A DNA stretch of 64,000 bases from Candidatus Poribacteria bacterium (GTDB lineage: Bacteria > Poribacteria > WGA-4E > PCPOR2b): assembly GCA_965116925.1 (NCBI GenBank), contig OZ220744.1, forward strand, positions 4,320,001 through 4,384,000, read 5' to 3'. The notes under the pieces are model-generated. The model searched no databases, was not told where the DNA came from, and worked only from the letters and a program-made list of their open reading frames with translations. Below, in pieces: positions 50,001 to 58,647 of this stretch (the first letter of the stretch is position 1; every line of letters begins with the position of its first letter). The translations under genes and the position numbers were made by a program.

Positions 50001-50505
50001 GGTCAACCACTTTGTCGGGGGCAATCTCATCGCCGATGCGGAGGGTCAGGAAGGCAGATTCTACAACGGATTGGGGCAGAATCTTATGCATCAGCGCCTG
50101 GATCGATGTAACAATGAACGTGCGGTCTCCCTGCAACAGCTGATACAAACAGATTAGCCGCTCTGCGACAACATTTTTTGTTGGGGAAATACCGTCATAA
50201 AGGAAATTTTGCCATTGCGGAAAGAGATAGGGATCTTCAAAATGATAGGCGGGTAGATCTTGGATGATTTTCTCGGCTTCGTGCTGCGTGGGCACAACAA
50301 CGAGAAACGATTTGTCGGCGAAATCGGCTGCCAATGCACTGAGCAGGTAAGCAGTAGACGCGCCATGCAGACCGCGTAACCACGGTTTGGGACGATCTAT
50401 TTGCTGATTTAACGAGGTTGGGGCACACTCCCCCCCTGAAAACTGAGCGGTCAGGGTTTCAACAAGCGATTGATAGGTATTTGACTGCTGCAGAAGATCT
50501 ATCAC
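47017..50505 (-). CDS. mfd: Transcription-repair coupling factor
   Basis: UvrB-homology module, RID (VVHVSHGIGRY), CGDVGYGKTEV, DEEH, QLRGRVGR, TRG motif, C-terminal TRCF domain. Confidence 0.97.
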   Translation of the reverse strand: MIDLLQQSNTYQSLVETLTAQFSGGECAPTSLNQQIDRPKPWLRGLHGASTAYLLSALAADFADKSFLVVVPTQHEAEKIIQDLPAYHFEDPYLFPQWQNFLYDGISPTKNVVAERLICLYQLLQGDRTFIVTSIQALMHKILPQSVVESAFLTLRIGDEIAPDKVVDQLLHNGYQHVDLVEAKGELARRGDILDVYPLTTDAPIRIEFFGDEIDAIRLFDPASQRSVPDGIDDDTEAITLCPVREIILSPETLNLWKIRAETLIQNNESPKYRNAVNEITHRLETETNPEGLEALLPMLYEDSSTLMDYLSPQTVVLMIESAWMAREATQLIENTKDLYERKLAFDQFMVSPNETFVSFERVISDLQTCPFVRTSLTPPTLNTEEPVEEIAFGMRPLGLPRSNYQMIMDQIKGWTDEGYFVNFFCDNLKSTDRLHDILADRDLPVTQTAVNIGSISEGFISETLKLITLSEDELFGREHRRHRKTTFKEGTPILSLIDLKEKDYVVHVSHGIGRYAGIRRLDIDGKPQDFLALDYADAGRLYVPTYQIDFVQKYIGGQEEGRVRLDKLGGTSWERVKAKAKASIEQMAEELLELYAIRESREGYAFPTDTPWQKEFEVLFPYEETPDQQKAIEEVKQDMERLRPMDRLICGDVGYGKTEVALRAAFKSVMAGKQVALLAPTTILTLQHFNTFQQRFAPFPVQVEMLNRFRTDKEAKRVVEGLANGTVDIVIGTHALLSKNIKFRELGLLVVDEEHRFGVKHKEKIKQMKQTVDVLTLTATPIPRTLHMSLVGIRDFSVINTPPENRLPIETYVMEYNPDVVRDAILREMERGGQIFFVHNRVQSIASIAATIQDLVPHARVCMAHGQMPERQLEKVMMEFVNHKHDVLVCTMIIESGVDIPTVNTILINRADAFGLAQLYQLRGRVGRDQYQAYGYLFYPQGWAITEGAQKRLRVIEEFTDLGSGFKIALRDLEIRGTGNILGSEQHGHIIAVGYDMYCKLLEEAVQKLKGEKVEETVETRINLPIEAYLPDEYVPDGRQKVALYKKIAALETVVDRKELEEEMVDRYGKIPEPVEMLLEIADLKQLSQQLGVDGIAAGEESIKVTFDETKTSLDPRKLIRLIEQDRRISITPPVRMTIRLKGLEGKALLFELKRVLGKLM

Positions 50506-50514
50506 TTTTCTTCT

Positions 50515-51309
50515 CTAATCCAAAAAATCAACTTTCTCCAATACACCAACTAGCTTACCGATACGCGGGGTCTTGGCTTCGATCTTAACGGGAATACGGC
50601 GCTCATCGTTCGTGAGCCACATCAGATAGCCGTGTGAGGTGCGTAGCATCAGTGTTTCCACACGACCCAATGCTTTGGTTTTTATCACTTCGCGACGGAG
50701 GATTTCAAGGGTCACATGCTCACACTTATCCTTGACTATCACTGGAAATGCGTAGGTGTGACCGACCTGCAACTCCTTTGAACGCAGAAAGTAAATCATC
50801 GACAGATCATCCTGTGTCCCGATTGGGATGTCCAAAGCCTTGTTAGCTGAGTTTTTGGTGTATTGAGCCGTTCCCTCGCCATGATCAAAATCAATTTCAA
50901 CGCGTGCTCGATATTTCTGATCCTCTAAATTCCTAACATATTTTAGTGGGTATAGCTGATCCGTTGTGACGTAACTTTCTGTCTGGTCGTGGAAATGGTA
51001 CAACTTTCCAAGAAGACTTCCGGTCTGCCTTTCCGATCTGAAACGATAGACGTGCCGATCCGCCAGCCTCGTTTTTTCAACGACCTTTGTAACTTGTGTT
51101 CCAGCAGGCAATCCTTTAATTTTAACGCTGTAGGTCAGTACCTCGCCGATCTGAATAGGCACCTGATCGAGATTCTTGATGTCAAGCAGCGAATAGGTTG
51201 CTGAAATAGCCAGAGAGAAGGTCAGAAAGATGAAACAACTAACAAACAGAATTTGGATGACTCGCACGGTGTAGATTTCCTTGTCTAATGAAACCTTCGG
51301 GAGGTTCAT
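50515..51309 (-). CDS. DUF3108 family exported protein
   Basis: GEVLTYSV, DDLSMIYFLR, WLTNDERRIPVKI. Confidence 0.82.
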   Translation of the reverse strand: MNLPKVSLDKEIYTVRVIQILFVSCFIFLTFSLAISATYSLLDIKNLDQVPIQIGEVLTYSVKIKGLPAGTQVTKVVEKTRLADRHVYRFRSERQTGSLLGKLYHFHDQTESYVTTDQLYPLKYVRNLEDQKYRARVEIDFDHGEGTAQYTKNSANKALDIPIGTQDDLSMIYFLRSKELQVGHTYAFPVIVKDKCEHVTLEILRREVIKTKALGRVETLMLRTSHGYLMWLTNDERRIPVKIEAKTPRIGKLVGVLEKVDFLD

Positions 51310-51416
51310 TTGGGGTCTGAGATGCGCAACAAGCGGCTGGTTTCACATCAAAAAATTATAAGTTATCAGGTGGATTCCTCTCCGAGGGCTATCACCTGAC
51401 CACTTTGATACACCCG

Positions 51417-52079
51417 CTAAAAGCGGCGGTTAATTGTTAAATAAGGTTCTCCATATATACTTTGTTGCGCCTGCACTGGAAATCTTCGGTCATTATACTC
51501 GTCGACTGTTTTGGCTGCATCAAAAATATTCCAAATGTAGATACCAATTCCGCTTGCCAGAAAGAGCGCCCCAAATTGGGCATGACCTCGCGCCTTGACA
51601 CGCCCTTGATCCGCTGTCAGCAAGCTGTCGCCATGCGGGTCGTCAAATCCTGTGTTGAAACGATCTGATCGGTCACTATAAGTTATGGCACGGTCCAAAT
51701 GGAATCCCCCTGCTGCGATCAATCCAATCCCGGCCGCGAGAAAGGCTACGCCTCTCGCGGGACGACCGGAGTAGGCTTGTCCTAAACCGGGCAACGTCGC
51801 CGATAGAAGTATAGCTGTTCGGGCGGTTTTCTGAGGATAATACTTGGGCGCGTGTGGTCGAAAGAGGGCATAATTTGGCGAATCCGTTTGGCGATTTGGA
51901 TCGCGGGGGATGACGGTTCCTCCTAGAGTTAGAGAGGTTGGTGATTCCCCGGTCTTTGCGTTCGCTTGTGTCTCTGCTGGGACCGTAGGCGTCTCATCAG
52001 CAGTTGATTCAGCCGATATAGTATTCCAAGCTGTCGCGAAACTGAGAAAGACAATAAGCGCGAAAAGGCACTTTTTCAT
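51417..52079 (-). CDS. Exported or membrane hypothetical protein (DUF5683-like)
   Basis: Signal peptide, AILLSATLPGLGQAY, YIWNIFDA. Confidence 0.7.
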   Translation of the reverse strand: MKKCLFALIVFLSFATAWNTISAESTADETPTVPAETQANAKTGESPTSLTLGGTVIPRDPNRQTDSPNYALFRPHAPKYYPQKTARTAILLSATLPGLGQAYSGRPARGVAFLAAGIGLIAAGGFHLDRAITYSDRSDRFNTGFDDPHGDSLLTADQGRVKARGHAQFGALFLASGIGIYIWNIFDAAKTVDEYNDRRFPVQAQQSIYGEPYLTINRRF

Positions 52080-52093
52080 TTTTGTAAGACTCC

Positions 52094-52918
52094 TTATCTG
52101 CTTGGTTCGCTAATTGCGCGGGCAGCGGGGGCAAGCTGTGGGTTACCCGGATCTATTTGGTACGCCCAATCAAAAGTGACCGCCGCATTGGAAACAGCAA
52201 TGATGTGAATCTTGGCGAAGTGTCCGTCAGGAGTCAATAGTACATACACATGTCCCTCAATAAGTTCAACGAATTCAGTTGTGAAACCTCGCACAGGTGA
52301 AACATCGACCTCATCGAAGTATTCATGGTAGCCCATGTCCTGCATTTCTGTCAAATTATCCGAATAGAGGTACGGAACGTTGACCACGGTATCAAATCCA
52401 AAATAGACATCGGTTGCAGACAAATCCCAAGTAATGGCACCCCTTGCCGGCTGCGAAAAATCAAATCCGCTTCGGTTAGGAGCTAGGTTAAAGTCATTCA
52501 AGATTGTGTTGTTTCCCGATGGACGGGGCGTATCAAGGACCTGTTCTGGGCTCAAGTCGCTTTCATTGCCATCGTAATCAACGGCAGAGATTGCATAAGA
52601 GTATGTACGTCCATTGATGACCTCCTCATCCACAAAGGCAGAGGAATCTGCTGAAACCTCCGCAAGCAGGTCAAATTCTTCATCACCATTGTCGTCACGC
52701 CAGATGTCATACCCAGCGAGATCGGCTTCGCCATTCGGGAACCATTCAACTATCACTTGACCGTCACCGGTGATGCTTTTCACGCCTCTTGGTGTCGCCG
52801 GTGGTTCGGTGTCCGCTTGAACTGGAGTTTCATCTTCAGAACCACAACCTAAAATTAAGCAGAACAGTGTTATGATACAAAGAAATGCTGTGATGGATCG
52901 GTATATTTGCGTAAACAT
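52094..52918 (-). CDS. Lipoprotein with fibronectin type III domain
   Basis: Lipobox ILGC; Fn3 pattern PPATP...GDGQVIVEW...EADLAGY...YSYAISAVD...ES. Confidence 0.8.
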   Translation of the reverse strand: MFTQIYRSITAFLCIITLFCLILGCGSEDETPVQADTEPPATPRGVKSITGDGQVIVEWFPNGEADLAGYDIWRDDNGDEEFDLLAEVSADSSAFVDEEVINGRTYSYAISAVDYDGNESDLSPEQVLDTPRPSGNNTILNDFNLAPNRSGFDFSQPARGAITWDLSATDVYFGFDTVVNVPYLYSDNLTEMQDMGYHEYFDEVDVSPVRGFTTEFVELIEGHVYVLLTPDGHFAKIHIIAVSNAAVTFDWAYQIDPGNPQLAPAARAISEPSR

Positions 52919-53386
52919 GAACTTTCTCCTTCCAAATTATCAGTTGTTATCAAAACCGCTCAATCTAACGAAACTGATTATAAGATTCCTGAAGTTAAAA
53001 ACCATTAGGCTAATAGTCCGCAGCAAACTTTGTGCCAGCTTTAGAAGAGAGAAAGTCAGTTAATTATGGAAAGCGTAGAGCATACCTACAAAATAACCGT
53101 GCTATCGTAACATTTGACCATCATCCGGGGCTTTCATTTACCTTTGAATATCTAGAGCATTCAAAAAGTTTTAGACGCTGTTACTCCGGTTCAGTTGAGT
53201 TGTTTTTGATACTCGATTGTTGTAATTCTGCAACAACGACGTCAGGTTCTTCTCGTATTTCAGAACAAAACCGCAAAATAATATCACAAATGGTTGCGTT
53301 CTTCAAGGATGAATTTCGTTCTATTTCGAGTAGCACACGATGTGATAGCAGCTGCAGTTCACATAAATTGGGTTCTGTATTTGGGC

Positions 53387-53415
53387 TTGACAAACATTCC
53401 CTTCAAAGGTATCAT
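53387..53415 (+). promoter_or_regulatory. Near-consensus sigma70 promoter for accD
   Basis: TTGACA (53387-53392), 17-bp spacer, TATCAT (53410-53415). Confidence 0.7.
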
Positions 53416-53475
53416 GTGCATACAAATTAGCAACTCCATAAAACCTTTTCCTACACACAGATGGAGCGTACAGAC

Positions 53476-54258
53476 ATGGCGACTTCAGCGGTAATCACCT
53501 GTCAAAGTTGCAGCACAGAGATTCCTGAGGAAACATTTTTAGATGCACATAAGGTTTGTCCAAAATGCGGCTATCACTACCCGATGACCGCCTATGAGCG
53601 GCTTGACCTGCTGGTTGATGGGAACAGTTTTGATGAACATGACGCCGGTCTGTATTCAACTAACCCTTTAGATTTCCCAGACTACGAAGAGCAGCTTGCA
53701 CGAGATTACGCAAAAACGGGTCTCAAGTCGGAGATCCTTACCGGTGAAGCGAAAATCGGTGGACAGCCTGTCGCGATTACGATTAGCGATTTTGGGGTTA
53801 GAGGCGGTACAATGGGAGCGGTTGTGGGAGAAAAGGTTACTCGTAATATTGAATATGCCACCCAGAACAAATTGCCCTTAATCATCGTCTCGCGGAGCGG
53901 CGGGATGCGAATGCAAGAAGGCACGCTATCGCTGATGCAGATGGCGAAGACTTCAGCGGTTTGTGTGAAACACGCAGAAGCAGGACTCCCCTATATCTCC
54001 GTGATGGCAGACCCAACCTTTGGCGGATCTACTGCGAGTTACGCCTCGTTGGCGCATATTATTCTCGCAGAACCGGGTGCCCGGATTGGCTTCGCCGGTC
54101 CCCTCGCTACTGCAAGCATCAAACAGCAACTCCCTGACAATTTCCAAAAGGCAGAGTTCCTGTTAGAACACGGGATGATCGACCGAATTGTTCAACGGAG
54201 CGAGATGCGCTCCCTGTTGATTGATCTGTTGGATTTTTGCGTGGATTTGCGGCACTGA
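53476..54258 (+). CDS. accD: Acetyl-CoA carboxylase carboxyltransferase beta subunit
   Basis: Zn finger CQSC...CPKC, GGTMGAVVGEK, SGGMRMQEG, PTFGG, FQKAEFLLEHG. Confidence 0.93.
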   Translation: MATSAVITCQSCSTEIPEETFLDAHKVCPKCGYHYPMTAYERLDLLVDGNSFDEHDAGLYSTNPLDFPDYEEQLARDYAKTGLKSEILTGEAKIGGQPVAITISDFGVRGGTMGAVVGEKVTRNIEYATQNKLPLIIVSRSGGMRMQEGTLSLMQMAKTSAVCVKHAEAGLPYISVMADPTFGGSTASYASLAHIILAEPGARIGFAGPLATASIKQQLPDNFQKAEFLLEHGMIDRIVQRSEMRSLLIDLLDFCVDLRH

Positions 54259-54306
54259 CCATCATGATCGCGAGGCGTTCACTCATTCAATACAGAGAGA
54301 CATAAT

Positions 54307-55104
54307 ATGACAACCCACAATGCAGAGCAGATTAAAGCAATCGTCCGTGAACATTACGCAGATCTGGTAAAAAGCGGTGAATCTTGTTGTACATCTTCTA
54401 ATTGCTGCGATACAGAAATCGATATTGAAGCCTCTCTCACAGGGGAATCCGCAAATCCGAACGGATATACCGACGCGCAGCTTTGCAGTATCCCCCCCGA
54501 TGCGGTTGAAAATTCCTTCGGTTGTGGCAATCCGCTGATGTACGCTGATATTTGTGAGGGTGATGTTGTCCTAGACCTCGGCTCAGGGGCGGGCATTGAT
54601 GTGTTGCTTGCGGCATCCCTCGTCGGTGAAAGCGGGAGAGCGATTGGCGTTGATATGACGCCGGAAATGATCGAAAAGGCACGAAATAATGCGGAGGAAG
54701 CGGGCGCAAAAAATGTTGAGTTCCGATTAGGCGAGATTGAGTCGATGCCGGTCGAAAATGAAAGCGTTGATTGGATTATCTCTAACTGCGTGATTAACCT
54801 CGCACCGGATAAGGATATAGTTTTTAGGGAAGCGTATCGCGTCCTGAAGCCGGGCGGGAAGTTATTGGTGTCGGACATTGTCGCAAACCATCTGCCCAAG
54901 TGGTTGAGATCAACGATTAGCAATTGGGCGAATTGTATTTCCGGGGCACTGCCTGAAGACCAATATCTGGACTCAATCCGTCGGGCAGGCTTAGAGGAAG
55001 TTCAGGTATTCAGCAAATCCCCTTATGCCAAAATTGGGAAGGTAGAGGTTGCGAGTATTAAGGTAGGCGCACTTAAACCAAATAGGACTTACGCCCTTCA
55101 GTAA
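54307..55104 (+). CDS. arsM: Arsenite S-adenosylmethionine methyltransferase
   Basis: N-terminal CC pairs, SFGCGNP, LDLGSGAGID, ISNCVINL, WANCISGA. Confidence 0.88.
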   Translation: MTTHNAEQIKAIVREHYADLVKSGESCCTSSNCCDTEIDIEASLTGESANPNGYTDAQLCSIPPDAVENSFGCGNPLMYADICEGDVVLDLGSGAGIDVLLAASLVGESGRAIGVDMTPEMIEKARNNAEEAGAKNVEFRLGEIESMPVENESVDWIISNCVINLAPDKDIVFREAYRVLKPGGKLLVSDIVANHLPKWLRSTISNWANCISGALPEDQYLDSIRRAGLEEVQVFSKSPYAKIGKVEVASIKVGALKPNRTYALQ

Positions 55105-55127
55105 ATCCGTCTGCTAAGGAAAAAACT

Positions 55128-55460
55128 ATGACCACCGAACAGGAACGCCAAGCCGCATTGCTCTTGAAGGACCAGATTCTCGCTGGAACGGATCAGCCGA
55201 TACGCCAGATTATCCTATATGGCTCACGGGCGCGAGGGCGAGGACGCCCCGACAGCGATTTTGATTTGTTGGTGGTGGCAGCCGATCCGGTGGCCAAGCG
55301 CGACGAAAGGCAGCGACTGCGAGCGTGTTTAACGGACGTACCATACGAGGTGGATATATGGGTCATGGGGGAGATGGAGTTCGAGGAAACCAAAGCGGTC
55401 ATCGGAGGATTGGCTTTTCCGGCGCACAAATACGGAGTGGTTTTGCATGAGGCATCCTGA
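55128..55460 (+). CDS. Minimal nucleotidyltransferase (MNT) antitoxin
   Basis: LYGSRARG...DSDFDLLVV; overlaps the downstream HEPN gene. Confidence 0.9.
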   Translation: MTTEQERQAALLLKDQILAGTDQPIRQIILYGSRARGRGRPDSDFDLLVVAADPVAKRDERQRLRACLTDVPYEVDIWVMGEMEFEETKAVIGGLAFPAHKYGVVLHEAS

Positions 55461-55848
55461 GCAGGTAGTGGCGGATTTTGTACAACAGTGGTTGAAAAAA
55501 GCTAACTTGGATCTTCAGGCGGCGAGACTTCTTTGTGCAGGCGAGCTAGACGACTATTTCGTCAGTGGATTCCACGCCCAGCAAGCTGTTGAGAAATATA
55601 TCAAAGCATTTTTGGTGCGCTATCAGATTGAATTTCCCCAAACCCACGATATTAGACGATTGCGGCAGTTAGTAGCGCGTCAAAATGCCACTTTGGCCGA
55701 ACGATTGGAGAGTGCCGATGTATTAACGCCATACGGGGTGGATATGCGCTATCCTGAAGAGTTCGAGGTAGTTTCACAAAAACGTGCAGAGCAAGCAGTA
55801 GCCCTGGCCGAATGGGTCAAGGCAGAGATACTCGCAGAAATCATCTAA
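55447..55848 (+). CDS. HEPN domain protein
   Basis: WLKKANLDL, FHAQQAVEKYIKAFL, THDI, RYP. Confidence 0.9.
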   Translation: MRHPEQVVADFVQQWLKKANLDLQAARLLCAGELDDYFVSGFHAQQAVEKYIKAFLVRYQIEFPQTHDIRRLRQLVARQNATLAERLESADVLTPYGVDMRYPEEFEVVSQKRAEQAVALAEWVKAEILAEII

Positions 55849-55920
55849 TGGGGCACAACATCGTGGATTCACGATCTCCATAGAAGCATAATCAATTACA
55901 CTACGCCCAAAGGTAGAAAA

Positions 55921-56730
55921 ATGTCAGAGTGCCAAAACACGTCGGTTAGAATCGAGGAACGCTTTCTCTTTGATCTCAACGGCTTTCTGATCCTCCGAAA
56001 TGTCCTCTCTTCTGAGGAGTGTGCGGAGTACTTGGAAACCTTGAGCAAACTTGAAAGCCAGACCTATGAAGATAAGTGGATGGAAACTGTCGGACCGGGG
56101 CGACCCACTCGCGAAACTCGGCGAATCCATCAGATTCGGCTCAACGGTCTGCCCCGACTGCACAGCATCTTCGATCGACTTATTGACCATCCGCGTATCC
56201 TGCCCTATCTGTATGAATTTGTGGGAGAACCGCAACTTATCAACACTTGGTCCATCTCTAAATTCTGTGGGGCGGAACAGGGTGGCTGGCATCGCGGCGT
56301 TCCTACCACAGATTATTCGTATAGCAACGGTGTTATCCGAAGCCGTATGTTCAACGTCGTGTTCTTTCTCACAGATAATGGTGCACAGGACGGGTGCATC
56401 GTTGCACTACCCGGCTCCCACAAAAGTAACTTCGATCTGACTTGGAAGGACTACCAAGGCTTAGAGATGCCCGGTGCTATCGCTGTCACCGGGAAAGCGG
56501 GCGATGTCCTGATGTTCTCTGAAACTGTCATCCACGATGGCTTACCTAAAACCACACAGCCCGTTAGAGCGAACCTCTACTATAACTACGTCCACGCGCA
56601 TTACAACGTGATGACTCGTGAGCGTGGAAACTGCCATCATTTCTATTTTCCGCCGGAGATTCGAGAACGCCTTACACCGACGCAGCGCGAACTTACCGCT
56701 TGGATGGAGCTGGCTCGGTGGGATTATTGA
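55921..56730 (+). CDS. PhyH family Fe/2-oxoglutarate enzyme with HxG motif
   Basis: FDLNGFLIL, WHRG, FFLTD, PGSHK, AGDVLMF, distal His in VIHDG. Confidence 0.85.
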   Translation: MSECQNTSVRIEERFLFDLNGFLILRNVLSSEECAEYLETLSKLESQTYEDKWMETVGPGRPTRETRRIHQIRLNGLPRLHSIFDRLIDHPRILPYLYEFVGEPQLINTWSISKFCGAEQGGWHRGVPTTDYSYSNGVIRSRMFNVVFFLTDNGAQDGCIVALPGSHKSNFDLTWKDYQGLEMPGAIAVTGKAGDVLMFSETVIHDGLPKTTQPVRANLYYNYVHAHYNVMTRERGNCHHFYFPPEIRERLTPTQRELTAWMELARWDY

Positions 56731-56924
56731 TAACGCAAGTTGCTCCCTATCGTTTTGAGTCGTGGTGATGCGTTCTAGTTGTACACATTGCGCTCCTCTG
56801 GAGCGCGGAGATTGGACGTATTGCTTTCTATAGACATATCGCTCCGCTGGAGCGAAAGATAAAGGCCTTCACCTTTAGCAGAAAATTGATGACCTTTCAA
56901 CGACTAGTAACTTAGGTTATTAAT
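56726..56924. repeat. TAACNNAAGTTRCT-type shell enclosing tandem CGCTCC-NCT-GGAGCG hairpins
   Basis: Arms ATTGATAACGCAAGTTGCT / AGTAACTTAGGTTATTAAT; hairpins at 56790-56806 and 56839-56855. Confidence 0.7.
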
Positions 56925-56948
56925 AACGCAGATGAGATGTGAAAATTC

Positions 56949-58535
56949 TCACATTTCTTGTGCTACGCTTTCGACTAGCGCAAGCGGCTGTGGGAAATCA
57001 GGCATTTCCATAATCCCCATCGCATCCTCAACGTATTCTTCGCGTTTCATTCCGTTCAGGACAACGGACACCCCCGGCGATGAAGCCACGAAGTTTAAGG
57101 CTCGCTGAGAGAGGCTTAACGTCCCCTGTTCATCGGAGAGGTGTTGGTTCAAAGCCTGAGAGATTGGTTCAACCTTCTCCGCCTCCATACGGTTAAAGAT
57201 TTCCGTTATGATTACGAACAGGGTGTTGAGTGCCTGTACATATTCAGCGAGTAAGCCTTCCCACTCCGTTTGATGTTGATTCATACAAGCGACTCCGGTT
57301 TGGCGCAGATAGGCATTAATCTGTGGAATCAGGTGCTGCTGTAAAATTTGTTCCCAGTGATTGCGATCTTGGACACGCGGCATAAATCCACCGAGTTGTT
57401 GGGCGACATCGAAAAAGAGCTGAACATTCACCTGATTTTGTACCGAATCGAAAATCCCCCAACCTTTCAGTGTGCTCTCCAACCTTGTTTCGATTTGGGT
57501 TAATGCGCCTTCTGCTAGGGACATCATTTGAGGATAATCGGCGTTTGGACGGTGATCATACTGTGCCAAACGGGTCATCTGATTGTCCTTGAAAGCGTTC
57601 AGGGGACGATTCACGAGAACGCCAAGTCCAAGCGACTGTGCTGCTTCAAGGACAGTCGTGCGTTTTCCGTCGATTTCGTTGTTTGCTTCGGTCAACGCCT
57701 CGGATTCAAGCAGATTGTACGGAAGTTGGATGACCTTGAAATGGTTCACTGCATGGTCTCCGTACACAGTTTCTGCTGCTTTGGTAGCCGCTTGGTAAAC
57801 GCGAGTGAGGGAGACGTACTCAAAGTCGGTTTGTGAGGAAGGGAAGGTGTTTGACGAAACACCGTAGTAGCGGATCTTTCCATCGGCTACGAACTGTTCC
57901 ATTTGGACAAATGCGCGATAGATACGGTCATAGAAGGTATCTCGAATTGTGTCCCAACTAGATAGAGAAGATCGGTTTTTGGCGTCGGACAGGAAGTATT
58001 CCGGATTGTGTAGTAGATAAATATCAATAGTCTCCAATCCCAGTCGATCTGTGCTACGCTTCCACTGGTCGGTCAGAAAATCAGGGTGGATACAGTGCCA
58101 GCAGCCCTCCATATATTTAACCACATCCTCCCACGGGTTGCCTGACGCCTCCCGTTGTTGGGCTTGTTCGAGGTTTTGTCCTTGCATGTAGCCAACTTTG
58201 GAGGCAAGGATAATCTCTTCCCGTTGAATCTTGCTGGCGGAAATCATTTTTTGCAGGACATTGCCGATTAAGGTTTCGCTGCCGCCATCGGTGTAATTGC
58301 TGGAGGTATCAATCAGGTTACACCCCGCTTCGATTGCGGTTTCGAGCGTTTCAACTTGTGTTTCATTCTGGTCGTGCACGCGGTACGTGCCGTAACCGAT
58401 TTTGGACGTTATCAGATCTGTGCCGGTGAGTCGGCGATACGCATTTGCCTCGAAGGAGGAATTTTGTGCGTTCATCCGATCGGCGAAGGCTTGTGTCGCT
58501 TGTGATGTTGCATGTCCGGTGATCTTGGAATTCAT
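56949..58535 (-). CDS. Aldo/keto reductase family protein with helical insertion
   Basis: IGYGTY, DTSSNY, SKVG, DIYLLHNPE, GKIRYYGVSSN, IQLPYNL. Confidence 0.88.
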   Translation of the reverse strand: MNSKITGHATSQATQAFADRMNAQNSSFEANAYRRLTGTDLITSKIGYGTYRVHDQNETQVETLETAIEAGCNLIDTSSNYTDGGSETLIGNVLQKMISASKIQREEIILASKVGYMQGQNLEQAQQREASGNPWEDVVKYMEGCWHCIHPDFLTDQWKRSTDRLGLETIDIYLLHNPEYFLSDAKNRSSLSSWDTIRDTFYDRIYRAFVQMEQFVADGKIRYYGVSSNTFPSSQTDFEYVSLTRVYQAATKAAETVYGDHAVNHFKVIQLPYNLLESEALTEANNEIDGKRTTVLEAAQSLGLGVLVNRPLNAFKDNQMTRLAQYDHRPNADYPQMMSLAEGALTQIETRLESTLKGWGIFDSVQNQVNVQLFFDVAQQLGGFMPRVQDRNHWEQILQQHLIPQINAYLRQTGVACMNQHQTEWEGLLAEYVQALNTLFVIITEIFNRMEAEKVEPISQALNQHLSDEQGTLSLSQRALNFVASSPGVSVVLNGMKREEYVEDAMGIMEMPDFPQPLALVESVAQEM

Positions 58536-58601
58536 AGAAGTTCCTTATTTGTTGAGGCTCATATAAAAAGAGAGCAAAGCACAAAGAGAGTCTAATACGA
58601 T

Positions 58602-58626
58602 GGGCAACCACGGGGGTTGCCCCTAC
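58602..58626. repeat. GTAG-type REP hairpin GGGCAACC-ACGGG-GGTTGCCC-CTAC
   Basis: 8-bp stem followed by CTAC, between divergent genes. Confidence 0.75.
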
Positions 58627-58647
58627 AGGAATCAGTTGGGATCCTAT

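Noticed and set aside
53032..53494. Small overlapping ORFs between the Fn3 lipoprotein gene and accD
   Set aside because: No recognisable motif or clear RBS; region holds divergent promoters. The 70-aa ORF 53181-53393 cannot be fully excluded.
54307..55104. Selenocysteine in ArsM
   Set aside because: All catalytic positions are Cys codons in an uninterrupted frame.
58600..58647. N-terminal extension MGNHGGCPY of the amidohydrolase
   Set aside because: It is the translation of a REP hairpin; ATG 58648 fits the family start.
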